Positions 30,545 through 42,750 of a stretch of DNA of 64,000 nucleotides are shown one piece after another (within the stretch, counting starts at the first letter, position 1; each line of letters begins with the position of its first letter). The translations under genes and the position numbers were made by a program. The stretch comes from Anaerolineales bacterium (lineage in GTDB: Bacteria; Chloroflexota; Anaerolineae; Anaerolineales; UBA11579), in the NCBI GenBank assembly GCA_040882365.1, contig JBBEBI010000038.1:2678-66677 (forward strand). The letters are read 5' to 3'. The notes beneath the pieces are model-generated. The model had not been told where the DNA came from, did no database searches, and worked only from the letters and a program-made list of their open reading frames with translations.

Positions 30545-31186
30545 TTGGTTTCTGCTCGCCAACATCAGTTTGACGAACTGCAATTGGAGATGAGAGCCTG
30601 CCGAGCTTGTCTGGCGGCGGGGTACTTTATCGAACCGCCGGCGGTCACGAAAGGAAGGTTGGGAGCGCGCATCATGACCATTGGGCAAGCCCCTGGGGTC
30701 ACCGAAGTGAAAGCGGGGCGGCCGTTTAATGCGGGCAGCGGCAAGCGGTTGTTTCAATGGCTGGCGAAGGCCGGCATCGAGGAAGACTGGTTTCGCCGAA
30801 CACAATACATGACCGCGGTCACCAAGTGTTTTCCAGGCAAGAATACTTCCGGCGGTGGCGACCGGGTTCCCTCGCGCCACGAGCAAGAGCTATGCAGCCA
30901 CTTTCTGGAATCAGAACTAAAGCTGGTGAAGCCAAAACTCGTTATTCCTATCGGCCGACTTGCTATCCAGAGATTTTTTCCACCCGATGTCGCCTTAGAG
31001 GAATTGATCGGCACGGAACATCAGATCGATGGCCGCTGGATGGTGCCATTCCCGCACCCTTCGGGCGCCAGTCGCTGGCACCAGATCCCGGCCAACCGCG
31101 AGCGCATCGCTCAGGCCATCGAATTAATCGGGGACCACTATCAGAGATTGTTTCCTCGACGTGTAAAGATTAGCCGGAAGAAATAA
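30545..31186 (+). CDS. Uracil-DNA glycosylase superfamily protein (family 4-like, probable Fe-S)
   Basis: CRAC, GQAPG, RPF...SG.RL, KCFP, E...C and PHPSG motifs. Confidence 0.85.
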   Translation: MVSARQHQFDELQLEMRACRACLAAGYFIEPPAVTKGRLGARIMTIGQAPGVTEVKAGRPFNAGSGKRLFQWLAKAGIEEDWFRRTQYMTAVTKCFPGKNTSGGGDRVPSRHEQELCSHFLESELKLVKPKLVIPIGRLAIQRFFPPDVALEELIGTEHQIDGRWMVPFPHPSGASRWHQIPANRERIAQAIELIGDHYQRLFPRRVKISRKK

Positions 31187-32144
31187 GATATTCGCTATAT
31201 GTATCTACAAACAGCGCTGGGGTGCCGCCGGTGTGCCAGAAGAGCACCTGGTCCTGCTTTTTGAAATATTTCTGGCGAATCAAATCGATGAGGCCTGCCG
31301 CGGCGCGCCCTGTATAAACGGGATCCACCAGCAGCCCCTCCGTCTGCGCAAGTAAGTGGATGGCCTCTTTTTCGGGATTGCCCAAAACGGCGTAGCCTTT
31401 TCCCAGATAATCATCATTTACAAGGACGTCACTCTCGGTGAAGATGACCTTTTCGCCAACCAAGAGCGCAACCTGTTCGGCTAACTTGGCGACGCGCGGC
31501 CGCAAGTCGTTGGCGCTCTCATCCACGCTGATGCCTAGTACCCTTCCTTCGTATCCGAGTAAGCTGGCGCCGGCCAGCAAACCCGCCTGGGTGCCACCGG
31601 ATGACGTGGCGAAAACGATCCAATCGGGTCGGACTCCCTGATCTAATAATTCTTTCAGAGCGAATGCATAGGCGGCTGCGCCGAGCGGATTTGACCCGCC
31701 GTAGGGAATGAGAAACGGTTTGCGCCCCGCGCGTTTTGCCTCTTCATGCACAGCCTGCAGGGTGGCATCTCGCTGCGCCTTGTCTGTCCAACGGACCTCA
31801 GCACCAAGCAAGCTGTCGAGGAGCAGATTCCCGGAGCGGATCTCAGGCGCTTCGCCTACGAGAACCAGAGTGCATTGCAGGCCGAGGCGGGCAGCCGCGG
31901 CCGCGGTTTGGCGGCAATGATTGGATTGAATAGCTCCGGCGGTGATTAAAAGGTTGGCACCCTCTGCCAAGGCAGCGGCGCACAGCAGCTCTAGTTTGCG
32001 GGTCTTATTGCCGCCGAAGGCCAGGCCGGTTTGGTCGTCGCGCTTGACCCAAAGTTGCGGCCTGCCTAGTTTCTCGCTCAGCCGCGCCAGCGATTGTACG
32101 GGCGTGGGCAACTGGGCCAGGTCCACGCGGGGGAGGGCTTTCAT
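31170..32144 (-). CDS. D-cysteine desulfhydrase / ACC deaminase family PLP enzyme
   Basis: PTP, KRDD.TG..FGGNK.RKL, QSNH, SSGGT, DPVYT and HTGG motifs; ATGA overlap with the femAB-like gene. Confidence 0.92.
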   Translation of the reverse strand: MKALPRVDLAQLPTPVQSLARLSEKLGRPQLWVKRDDQTGLAFGGNKTRKLELLCAAALAEGANLLITAGAIQSNHCRQTAAAAARLGLQCTLVLVGEAPEIRSGNLLLDSLLGAEVRWTDKAQRDATLQAVHEEAKRAGRKPFLIPYGGSNPLGAAAYAFALKELLDQGVRPDWIVFATSSGGTQAGLLAGASLLGYEGRVLGISVDESANDLRPRVAKLAEQVALLVGEKVIFTESDVLVNDDYLGKGYAVLGNPEKEAIHLLAQTEGLLVDPVYTGRAAAGLIDLIRQKYFKKQDQVLFWHTGGTPALFVDTYSEYLISSG

Positions 32145-33256
32145 CCCGGCTCTCCGGCAAACACCTGGCGGCGAGTGCCACGCCGCCCGCGCCAGCGCAT
32201 CACAGCAATCACGCGCGGCAAGACTTGCGCATACAGCGAGTATGTCAGCGGCTGCAGCGGCAGGTCCCAGGCGCCGATGTGGCCTACCGGGTAAGCACCC
32301 AGGCCCTGTTTGAAGCGGAACACTCCCCACATGGGATCTTTCTCGTTGAATTCGTCAGGAGCACCCCAAAGGTCGTAAGACTCGCATCCGGCCGCCCGGC
32401 TCGCCTTGATGGCTTCCCATTGCAGCAAATAGTTGGGCATCCATTCGCGGGCGAAGTTGCGCGACATGCCGTATAGGTACCAGGAGCGCTTGCCGAAAAT
32501 GAACAGCATGAGACCGGCGGCCGCTTGGCCTTCGGCTTCGGCAATCAGTGGGACCAGCATGCCGGCCGAGAAAAACGAATCCCAGACAGCGCGGTAATAC
32601 TCCTGGCTGCGGATGACGAATCCGTCGCGCACGGAGGTCTCGGCGTACATGCGATAAAGGAGGGGAAAGTCCTCGGGAGCACCGCGGCGCACCGTAACGC
32701 CCTTGCGCTCCGCCAGCCGCAGGTTGTAGCGTGTCTTCTGCTTCATAGCCGCCAATAATTGCTCTTCCGAGAGCCGCAGGTCGATCAACATGGTATTCTG
32801 CATCTGCACTTGTTCATTGGAAAATTGCCAACCAAGTGCCTTCAAATCGTTAGGGATGGCCTGCCCAAACGGCTCGGCCGTCATCTCGGCTTCCCCGGCG
32901 CGCCCTGCACGCAAAATGACATCAGGGTCTATCTTGAAAAAGAAAGCGCCAAGGGAGCGGCCGAAGTCGCGCAAATCCGCAAACACGCGCTTGCGCAGTG
33001 TTTCGTCGCCCCAGTCGCGCAACAAGGGGCCTTTCGGTGTATAAAGCATGCAGAGGCTTTTGCCAATGCCTGGGATGCGGATGCTGCGCTGCAGGATCTG
33101 GGCGGCGGCATCCAGCTGTCCACCGCTTCCTTCCCAGATTTTGTAATAGGCTGTCCAGCCGAAGGGGAGCTTAGCCTGCGCCCACTCCCTGGTTTGCAGA
33201 AGATGCGGGTTGGGGAGCTGAAGGATGCGCTGATTCCAATTCTCGGGGGAAGACAT
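32141..33256 (-). CDS. FemAB/FemX-family aminoacyl-tRNA-dependent peptidyltransferase
   Basis: HLLQT.EW, Y.PKGP, KIDP, MKQKTRYN.R, YLYG.S, YDLWG and FKQG.G motifs. Confidence 0.9.
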   Translation of the reverse strand: MSSPENWNQRILQLPNPHLLQTREWAQAKLPFGWTAYYKIWEGSGGQLDAAAQILQRSIRIPGIGKSLCMLYTPKGPLLRDWGDETLRKRVFADLRDFGRSLGAFFFKIDPDVILRAGRAGEAEMTAEPFGQAIPNDLKALGWQFSNEQVQMQNTMLIDLRLSEEQLLAAMKQKTRYNLRLAERKGVTVRRGAPEDFPLLYRMYAETSVRDGFVIRSQEYYRAVWDSFFSAGMLVPLIAEAEGQAAAGLMLFIFGKRSWYLYGMSRNFAREWMPNYLLQWEAIKASRAAGCESYDLWGAPDEFNEKDPMWGVFRFKQGLGAYPVGHIGAWDLPLQPLTYSLYAQVLPRVIAVMRWRGRRGTRRQVFAGEPG

Positions 33257-33264
33257 CTCGAGTG

Positions 33265-35141
<1,877 letters not shown>

Positions 35142-35145
<4 letters not shown>

Positions 35146-36071
35146 GCCGTCCACTCGTCCGCGCAACGTTTGAGCCCTGCTTCCAGTGTTACTCGCGCTT
35201 GGAAACCAAGCAACTTGGCCGCAAAGCCCGGATCGCCAAGCGAGCGCGGCACGTCGCCGGGACGCTCGGCGGCGAACTCCGGTTCAGGGGCATTGGGGAT
35301 GATGGAGTAAAGGACATCCAGCAAGTCCAATATTTTGGTTTCAATACCTGAGCAAATATTGAAAACCTGCCCCTCCAATCCTTCAGCTTCAGCGGCCAGC
35401 AGGTTAGCGCGGACCACATCGCCCACATAGACGAAATCGCGGGTTTGCAGCCCGTTCCCCAAGACCACGGGGGGCTGTCCGGCTTTGAGGCGTTGGATGA
35501 ACTTGGGTATTACTGCGGCGTACGTAGAAGAGGGCGATTGGCGTGGGCCATATACATTGAAGTATCGCAGGGCGACAACCGGGAGGCCGTGGACTCGGCT
35601 GTATAGGTTTGTCAGGATCTCATTGAAAAGCTTGGAAGCCGCATAAGGGGAAAGGCATTCGGGCCGGGCGGTCTCTCGCAAGGGGAGTTCGGTGCCCGGC
35701 CCGTACACGGCCGCGCTGGAGGCGAGGATTACTCGGCGTACGCCTACCTGGCGGGCAGCCTCCAACAGTTCGATGGTGCCGTTTACATTCACGGGATAAC
35801 ACTCGGCCGGCTTTTCAATAGATGCGGGTACGGAAACAAACGCCGCGAGGTGAAAAACAACTTCGATGTCCTGGACTGCCTCAGCAACATTTACTCGATT
35901 GCGCAGATCTCCCTGGACCAAAACAATCTTGTCCTTGACCCCGGCGAGATTCTCGGCACTCCCTGTGGAAAAGTTATCGAGGACGCGCACATGGTCACCC
36001 CGTTCGACCAGCGCTTGGGTCAGGTGCGAGCCGATGAAGCCGGCCCCGCCAGTGACGAGGACGCGTGCCAA
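35142..36071 (-). CDS. NAD-dependent epimerase/dehydratase (UDP-GlcNAc 4-epimerase-like)
   Basis: TGGAGFIGSH, SSAAVYG, YAASK, RYFNVYGPRQ and RDFVYV motifs. Confidence 0.92.
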
Positions 36072-37490
36072 CTAGCGACCTCGGAAGCCGAAGATGGTGC
36101 CGAAGGTGCGCAGCAGGATAACGAAATCCAAGATGGGGCCGCGGTGTTTGATGTAGTACAAGTCGTACTCCAGTTTGATGGACATTTCTTCCAGGGTTGC
36201 ATAGTACCCGTAATTCACCTGAGCCCAACCGGTAATGCCCGGTTTTTCCAGTAAGCGCGCTCTATAGAAAGGGATGTGTTTCTCGAAATGCTCCATCAGT
36301 TCCGGTCGTTCCGGACGGGGACCTACCAGTGACATATCGCCGCGCACCACGTTGATGAATTGGGGCCATTCATCCAGGCGGGTTTTGCGCAGCAAGCGCC
36401 CGAGGCGGGTGGTGCGCTTGTCGTCTTCTTTGGCAAGCTGAGGTTTGCCGTGCTTCTCGGCCCCCACGCGCATGGTGCGGAACTTGATGATGCGGTAAGG
36501 CCGGCCTCCTTTGCCTGCGCGCGTCTGCGAAAATACGACTGGGCGCCCGGAATCGACGAGGATGGCAATGGCGATCAATGGGGTGAGCAGCACCAGGATG
36601 GCGACGCCAATGAGGCCGCCGATAATATCTGCCAGGCGTTTGCCCATTTGATAGAAGCGATTGACCCGCGCATCATCCACAAAGGAGCGCACCAGCCAAT
36701 CGGCCTCCAAGTAGTTCACGGGGACCCTGTCGAGCAATTCTTCGTAGGCCACCGGCATGCGGACGATCTCCATACCTTGTTCCTGGGCCTCGAGAAGGGC
36801 GCGGAAGGTGGGGTCTTGCATCCTTCCATTGATGGCCACGAGAATATCCGTGGCGCCTTGTTCTTCGATTAAGGGAAGCAGCAGATCGCCTCCGCCGATG
36901 ACTTTATGCCCCGCCACCTTTTTGTTTTTCTTTTTCGGGTCATCGTCCAAGACCCCGGCGATATGGTAAGGGGCCGGTTTTATGCCGCCTATCACCTGTA
37001 ATAAAGCCTGGCCGCTGGCTCCTGCGCCAAGTAGCACCGCCCGCCGGGTGAACTGCGGCGAGGTGAAGATGCGAATGTACAACAGGCGCCACAGGGCGGT
37101 GAGGATCCATGCCAGGAGGGCAAAGCTGGCTACTCCCCGGCGCGGCAGGGAGCCAGGGTCCGATGTGAAGTAGAACAGGACGTAAATGCCCATTCCCACG
37201 AAGGCGGCAGAGATAAGCCCGTTGAGGGTTTGGCGCCAATTGGAGGCCCGGTGCGGATTATAGGTCTCCACTAATAGGACCAACCAGAAGAGGGGCAAAA
37301 AGTAGAACCAGGTGGCAGGGCGCTGAAGGAATTCCCGGACGCTGACATCTGTCCCGGCCGCCCAAAAATAGAGGGCGATTGTTAACGCCAGCACCGCGGC
37401 AGCGAAATCCACCGCAATCAGCAGCACACGCCGTTCGCGGACGCCGAGGCGCCAGGCTTTTGTCGCCGCGCCGCGTTTTACTTCTGCCAT
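36072..37490 (-). CDS. Polyprenyl-phosphate sugar phosphotransferase (priming glycosyltransferase)
   Basis: TM helices and Rossmann-like domain, then KR..D, KFRTM, RLDEWPQ, MSLVGPRPE, KPGITGWAQV and YDLYY motifs. Confidence 0.93.
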   Translation of the reverse strand: MAEVKRGAATKAWRLGVRERRVLLIAVDFAAAVLALTIALYFWAAGTDVSVREFLQRPATWFYFLPLFWLVLLVETYNPHRASNWRQTLNGLISAAFVGMGIYVLFYFTSDPGSLPRRGVASFALLAWILTALWRLLYIRIFTSPQFTRRAVLLGAGASGQALLQVIGGIKPAPYHIAGVLDDDPKKKNKKVAGHKVIGGGDLLLPLIEEQGATDILVAINGRMQDPTFRALLEAQEQGMEIVRMPVAYEELLDRVPVNYLEADWLVRSFVDDARVNRFYQMGKRLADIIGGLIGVAILVLLTPLIAIAILVDSGRPVVFSQTRAGKGGRPYRIIKFRTMRVGAEKHGKPQLAKEDDKRTTRLGRLLRKTRLDEWPQFINVVRGDMSLVGPRPERPELMEHFEKHIPFYRARLLEKPGITGWAQVNYGYYATLEEMSIKLEYDLYYIKHRGPILDFVILLRTFGTIFGFRGR

Positions 37491-37494
37491 AGAG

Positions 37495-38505
37495 CTAGTG
37501 CCGGGATTTCCATTTTCGATGCGTTGGAGTCAAAAAGGACCACAGAAAGGCGCCTCCCCAGGAAAAGTGCATGGTCGCCATGGCCAAAGGGACGCCAATT
37601 AGCAAACTGATTTGCCTGTGTTCGAGAACCTTAAGCAAAGCTGCTCCGATGAGCAGCGCGACGTATGATACCACCTCGGCCAATAGTACCCAGTGCAGCC
37701 ACGGCCACATAAGCCCAGCGAAAGGAAGGACTAGGAGACTAAGCACGAACAAAGGAGGAACGGCTTGGCGCAAGCGTAACGATCCGGGATAACGGCGCAG
37801 CATCTGCCATTTCCAGTAGCCGTACCGGGCGTATTGCCCTGCCAACTCTCCTAAGGTGCCACGGGCAAAGTAGGTGGTTTTGATGGCCGGGTCCAGCCAT
37901 ACCTTACCGCCCGATCGGCGGATGCGTGTGTTGAGTTCGTAATCTTCGTTGCTGTGCAGGCTCTCATCGAATGGCCCGATCTGGGACACCAGGCTTTTTT
38001 TGAATGCCCCAAAGGGAACCGTGTCCACTTCCCTTGCCTGACTGGAAATTCGGTAAAAAGCATCGCCGACACCCAGGGGGTGGGCGGCTGCGATGGCGAT
38101 GGACTTCGCCATCCAACCCGGCCCGCCGGGTTGGATATCCCATACGCCCCCCACATTCCAGCCGCGGCCGGCTTCGATGGCCGCCACACAACGTGAGATG
38201 TAATCGGGGCAGGGGACGCTGTGGGCATCCAACCGAACGATGTAATCCCCTTTAGCGGAGGCAATGGCCCGATTCAACCCGGCAGGGATAGTTCTGGTTG
38301 GATTATCAAGTATCCTGATCTGGAGGGCCGAATGGGCCTTCTGGAAATTAGCAATCTGCGTGCGTGTGCCGTCTGAAGACATCCCATCCGCGATGATTAC
38401 TTCTATTCTACTGAGTGGAAAATCCTGCTGCGAAAGGGCCGTAAGGAGCTGGGGTATGGTGCGTTCCTCATTAAAGCAGGGCACGATCACGCTCACGGTC
38501 GGCAT
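37495..38505 (-). CDS. Glycosyltransferase family 2 (ExoA-like)
   Basis: VSVIVPCFNE, DGMS.DGT, RLDAH, NEDYE and QY.RYG.WK motifs; C-terminal TM helices. Confidence 0.92.
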   Translation of the reverse strand: MPTVSVIVPCFNEERTIPQLLTALSQQDFPLSRIEVIIADGMSSDGTRTQIANFQKAHSALQIRILDNPTRTIPAGLNRAIASAKGDYIVRLDAHSVPCPDYISRCVAAIEAGRGWNVGGVWDIQPGGPGWMAKSIAIAAAHPLGVGDAFYRISSQAREVDTVPFGAFKKSLVSQIGPFDESLHSNEDYELNTRIRRSGGKVWLDPAIKTTYFARGTLGELAGQYARYGYWKWQMLRRYPGSLRLRQAVPPLFVLSLLVLPFAGLMWPWLHWVLLAEVVSYVALLIGAALLKVLEHRQISLLIGVPLAMATMHFSWGGAFLWSFLTPTHRKWKSRH

Positions 38506-38541
38506 GGCAAGGAGATTCTATTCGATTCTAAGGAATTAGTC

Positions 38542-39936
38542 TTAGTTCGCTGCCGGTAACCGTACAATGAACTGCGACCCGGCGCCAGGTTTACTTTTCA
38601 CGCGGATACTTCCGCCGTGGGCCACAGCGATCTGCTGGGCAATGGACAAGCCCAGGCCGGCGCCACGGCTGGCGGCGGTTTTCCGAGACTTATCTACCTG
38701 ATAGAAGCGTTCAAAAATACGTTTGGCCTCCTGAGTAGGGATGCCGGGGCCCTTGTCACTCACAGTTATTTCGACGATTTCCTTTGTGCCCGTGGTTGAT
38801 ATGGCCACCTCTTCGCCTTGAGGTGAATATTTAATCGCGTTCTCCACCAGGTTGGAAAGGATCTGCATCAGGCGTTCAAAGTCACCCTTTACTTTCAGGC
38901 GCGTGCCTGGCTTCGCCTTAAGCTTGATCCCATTTTGTTTGGCCAGGAGAGCGAACTTACCAATCACCTCGCTAATTAATGAATCTGCTTCCACAACTTG
39001 AACGTCAAGGCGAATGGCGCCGGCATCCAGACGGGCCAATTCAAGCAGGTCTTGCACCAGCCGCTGCATGCGCCCGGCCTCGCCGGAGATCACGTGGGCG
39101 GCTTTGTTAATTTCGGCGGACCCACGGGCAGTTCCGTCAAAGATGGCCTGGGCGAAACCCTGAATCGAAGTAAGCGGTGTCTTCAGTTCGTGGGAGATAT
39201 TGGCCACAAAGTCGCGTTGGGATTGCTGGGTGGCGACCACCTTGTTGCCCATCTCGTTGAAAGTAAGCGCCAGTTGCTGCAATTCCGTCGGCCCTTCGGG
39301 TCGGATGGCTTCCATCTGGCCTTTGGCAAGTTGGCGGGCGGCTGAGGAAACGCGTTGCAAGGGAGCGGTGATGGAGCGCGCCATCATGAGTGCAAGGAAC
39401 AAGGACAGTAAGAGAGCTGCCAAGCCTGCCCGGACAATGGGAGGAAACAACTCATCGGTAAAGAATGCGAACAAGGGCGCGCGGGGCAGCGGCAAAGCAA
39501 CCACAAGCGTGTAACCGCGGGCAAAAACCCGGGATATGTATATCCAGGTGTGGCCGCTCTGGTCTGCTGCTTCGGCTACCTGGGCGTTGGCGCCCCTGTG
39601 AGCCGGCGTTCCTGGCAGCCGTAGCTCGGGTTCGGCATCCGCGCGGGAATCGGCCAGCAGATTCCCGTCGGCGGTGAACACCAGAACGCGGACGCCAAGT
39701 AGCTGGTCGGCTTCTTCCCCGGCTTGCCCAATGGCTGCGGCATCCCCGGCCAAGGTATTAGCCAGATGCTGGCGCTCCATTGCATTGGCAGCCAAAACCA
39801 AGTTGATTTCGGCCTCACGCGCCAGGCGCGGATTGCGGACCAGGAACGCAACCAGGGCCAACGTAACGATTCCGAGTGTGATTCCAATAAGCAGGAAGTA
39901 GGTGATCAGCAGCCGCGAGCGGATGGACGAGAACAT
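38542..39936 (-). CDS. HAMP-domain sensor histidine kinase
   Basis: Two TM helices, HAMP, SHELKTPLT, NL.ENAIKY, DKGPGI and GAGLGL motifs. Confidence 0.95.
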   Translation of the reverse strand: MFSSIRSRLLITYFLLIGITLGIVTLALVAFLVRNPRLAREAEINLVLAANAMERQHLANTLAGDAAAIGQAGEEADQLLGVRVLVFTADGNLLADSRADAEPELRLPGTPAHRGANAQVAEAADQSGHTWIYISRVFARGYTLVVALPLPRAPLFAFFTDELFPPIVRAGLAALLLSLFLALMMARSITAPLQRVSSAARQLAKGQMEAIRPEGPTELQQLALTFNEMGNKVVATQQSQRDFVANISHELKTPLTSIQGFAQAIFDGTARGSAEINKAAHVISGEAGRMQRLVQDLLELARLDAGAIRLDVQVVEADSLISEVIGKFALLAKQNGIKLKAKPGTRLKVKGDFERLMQILSNLVENAIKYSPQGEEVAISTTGTKEIVEITVSDKGPGIPTQEAKRIFERFYQVDKSRKTAASRGAGLGLSIAQQIAVAHGGSIRVKSKPGAGSQFIVRLPAAN

Positions 39937-40613
39937 CAGGCCACCAGCTTGTAACCGATGCCGGACACGGTCTCAATAATTGCCTGGCTGGCAGCCAGCT
40001 TCTTGCGCAGTTGGGCCACGTGAACATCCACGGTGCGCGTTTCGCCGAAGTATTCGTAACCCCAGGCCAATTGCAACAGTTGCTCCCTGCTGAGGACCAG
40101 GCCCTTATGTTTGGCGAAGGTCAGCAGGAGGTTGAATTCCTGAACGCGCAATTCAATGAGGTCATCACCGACGCGCACCTCATGCCGGGCGGGGTCGATG
40201 CAGATATCCGCCGCATGGAGTGGAGATTCACCCTGGGCAGGCCGCGAACTGCGGCGCAGCAGGGCCTTGACGCGGGCCATCAACTCGCGGGGGTTGAAAG
40301 GCTTGGTCAGATAATCATCGGCGCCCATTTCCAAACCCACGATCTTGTCCACATCGTCGTCGCGGGCCGTGAGCATGATGATGGCAATGGGGTCGCTGTC
40401 CGCTCTCAGGCGGCGGCAGACCTCGTACCCGTCTACTTTCGGGAGCATCAGGTCCAGCACCATGAGGGCAGGCCGGTTCTTCTGCACGGCCTGCAGGGCG
40501 GCTTCGCCGTCGGTCACAGCCTGAGTGCGAAAGCCCTCCTGCTTCAGATACAGAGCGGCCAGGTCGGTGATGTTGGTTTCATCATCGACCAATAAAATCA
40601 GTTCTCCTGGCAT
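39936..40613 (-). CDS. OmpR/PhoB-family response regulator
   Basis: VDDE, DLMLP, GADDYLTKPF and RTVDVH..LR.K motifs. Confidence 0.96.
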   Translation of the reverse strand: MPGELILLVDDETNITDLAALYLKQEGFRTQAVTDGEAALQAVQKNRPALMVLDLMLPKVDGYEVCRRLRADSDPIAIIMLTARDDDVDKIVGLEMGADDYLTKPFNPRELMARVKALLRRSSRPAQGESPLHAADICIDPARHEVRVGDDLIELRVQEFNLLLTFAKHKGLVLSREQLLQLAWGYEYFGETRTVDVHVAQLRKKLAASQAIIETVSGIGYKLVA

Positions 40614-40619
40614 ATCCTG

Positions 40620-41006
40620 CTAGAGGACTGCGATGGCTTCGATCTCAAATAAGGCACCGCCCGGCAGCGCGCCAACCTGAATGGTGGAGCGAGCAGGAGG
40701 ATCCTTGGGGAAAAACTCTGCATAGATTTGGTTGACAGCGGAAAAATCGGCTATGTCGGTTAGAAATAAAGTGGTTTTCACCACGTTTTCCAGGGACGCC
40801 CCACCGGACTCGAACAGGTTCTTCAGATTGCTCAGGGCCCGGCGGGTCTCGGCGGCAATGCCGCCGGAGACCAGTTTGCCGGTCTGCGGGTCCAAACCGA
40901 TCTGCCCGGAGGCGAAAAGAAACTCACCGATGCGGATGGCCGGGGAATAAGGACCGATGGGCTTGGCCCCAGCCGTCGGAAAGATAGTTTGTCTCGAGGA
41001 TGACAT
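40620..41006 (-). CDS. RidA/YjgF-family reactive-intermediate deaminase
   Basis: IGPYS, SGQI, N..Y..FF...PAR and EIEAIA motifs. Confidence 0.94.
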   Translation of the reverse strand: MSSSRQTIFPTAGAKPIGPYSPAIRIGEFLFASGQIGLDPQTGKLVSGGIAAETRRALSNLKNLFESGGASLENVVKTTLFLTDIADFSAVNQIYAEFFPKDPPARSTIQVGALPGGALFEIEAIAVL

Positions 41007-41133
41007 GGAAATCTCCTTTGGTTAGCGTGACTTCATTGTACTTTGAGCACGTAATGCGGATGTAAAAAGCTGCTGTGGGCAATGCATTCGAGCAGCTACA
41101 CCGCCCTATTCGCAGAACCGCCAGAACGAGGAT

Positions 41134-42663
41134 CTACTGGATAAAGACGCTGGTCCGCGCCCGGTACTGGATTGCTTCTGCCAGGTGGTTCGTGACAATT
41201 TGAGCCGCGCCAGCCAGATCGGCAATGGTGCGGGCCAATTTCAGGATGCGATGGTAGGCGCGGGCGGTTAGCTGCATTTGGCTCATGGCAGCCTTGATCA
41301 GGGCGCTTCCTTCCGGATTCAAGACGCAGAACTTCCTCACCTCAGCAACACCCATATCGGCATTGTGGTGAATATTACCTTTGCCAAAGCGCTCCCGCTG
41401 TATCTGCCGCGCCGCCTCTATTCGTTGCCGCACAACCTCCGAAGCTTCCCCCAGGCGCTCATCACTCAGCTTTTCGTAATTGACCCTGGGCACTTCTACA
41501 TGGATGTCTATTCGGTCGAGCAGCGGCCCCGATAGCCGTTTCTGATAACGCGTGATCGTGGTGGAAGAGCAGGTGCAAGGCTTGATTGGATCCCCGTAAT
41601 AACCGCAGGGGCAAGGGTTCATGGCCCCGACGAGCTGAAAGTTAGCTGGAAAGGTGAGTGAACCCTGCGCCCGGCTGATAGTAACGACCTTGTCCTCGAG
41701 AGGTTGGCGCAGCACCTCCAGTACGCGCGGCCCGAACTCCACGATCTCGTCCAGGAAAAGCACTCCCATGTGCGCGAGAGAGATCTCGCCGGGTTGGGGC
41801 CAATTCCCGCCGCCGACCAGGCCGGCATTGGAGATGGTGTGATGCGGAGCGCGAAACGGGCGCGTGCGGATCAGTGGCTTGCTTTCCGGCAATTGATCGG
41901 AAACGGAATATATGCGGGTGACATCGAGAGCTTCTTCGATGCCTAGCTTCGGCAGGATTCCGGGCAGGGCGCGCGCCAGAAGCGTTTTCCCCGCGCCCGG
42001 AGGGCCAACCATGAGCATATTATGTCCACCGGCCGCGGCAACCTCTAGGGCGCGCTTAACCTGCTCTTGCCCCTTGATTTCGCGCAGATTGGGAAATACC
42101 TCTTCGTAAACTGTAAGTTCCGTTGGCTCGGGATCGTAGACGGGAATAGGAGTTTGGCCGATCAAGTGTAAATAGAGCGCCCGCAGAGTCCGCACCGGCA
42201 GGATTTCTAAATCGGGGATCAGGGAGGCTTCGGCCGCGTCCGCATCAGGGACGAATAACCGGCGGATCCCTTGTTCGCGGGCCAAGGCCGCCATGGGGAG
42301 CACACCGCGCACGTGGCGAACAGCGCCATCCAATGACAACTCTCCCAGCACCAGCGAGCCCTCCAGGCTTTGAGCTGGTATCTGCCCGGTGGCGATAAGC
42401 ACGCCCAGTGCAATGGGCAGGTCATAAACCGGGCCGGCCTTGCGGACGGAGGCCGGAGCCAGATTGACGGTGATGTGTTTGCGGGGGAAGGTCAGGGCTG
42501 AATTCTTGATGGCCGATTGAACCCGCTCACGGCTTTCCTGGACGGCTGCATCGGGCAATCCCACGACGATGGTTTTGGGCAACCCCTGCCGAGTATCGAC
42601 TTCCACCTCGACCACGACGCTTTCCAATCCGATGACCGCGCTGGAATACACCCGAGCGAGCAT
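41134..42663 (-). CDS. comM: YifB/ComM-family Mg-chelatase-like AAA+ ATPase
   Basis: VGLPD.AV.ESRERV, GPPGAGKT, RAPHH, GE.SLAH.GVLFLDE, NPCPCG and LLDRID motifs. Confidence 0.94.
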   Translation of the reverse strand: MLARVYSSAVIGLESVVVEVEVDTRQGLPKTIVVGLPDAAVQESRERVQSAIKNSALTFPRKHITVNLAPASVRKAGPVYDLPIALGVLIATGQIPAQSLEGSLVLGELSLDGAVRHVRGVLPMAALAREQGIRRLFVPDADAAEASLIPDLEILPVRTLRALYLHLIGQTPIPVYDPEPTELTVYEEVFPNLREIKGQEQVKRALEVAAAGGHNMLMVGPPGAGKTLLARALPGILPKLGIEEALDVTRIYSVSDQLPESKPLIRTRPFRAPHHTISNAGLVGGGNWPQPGEISLAHMGVLFLDEIVEFGPRVLEVLRQPLEDKVVTISRAQGSLTFPANFQLVGAMNPCPCGYYGDPIKPCTCSSTTITRYQKRLSGPLLDRIDIHVEVPRVNYEKLSDERLGEASEVVRQRIEAARQIQRERFGKGNIHHNADMGVAEVRKFCVLNPEGSALIKAAMSQMQLTARAYHRILKLARTIADLAGAAQIVTNHLAEAIQYRARTSVFIQ

Positions 42664-42669
42664 TGGCTA

Positions 42670-42698
42670 AGTGTAGGTGGGCAGGCCAAGCTTGTCAA
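42670..42698 (-). promoter_or_regulatory. sigma70 promoter predicting a leaderless comM transcript
   Basis: On the minus strand: TTGACA-N17-TACACT-N6-ATG (42663). Confidence 0.7.
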
Positions 42699-42750
42699 AT
42701 CAGCCCGTGAAAGCCCCGCGAGTTGAATCGAGGCAAGATAGAATTTGCGC

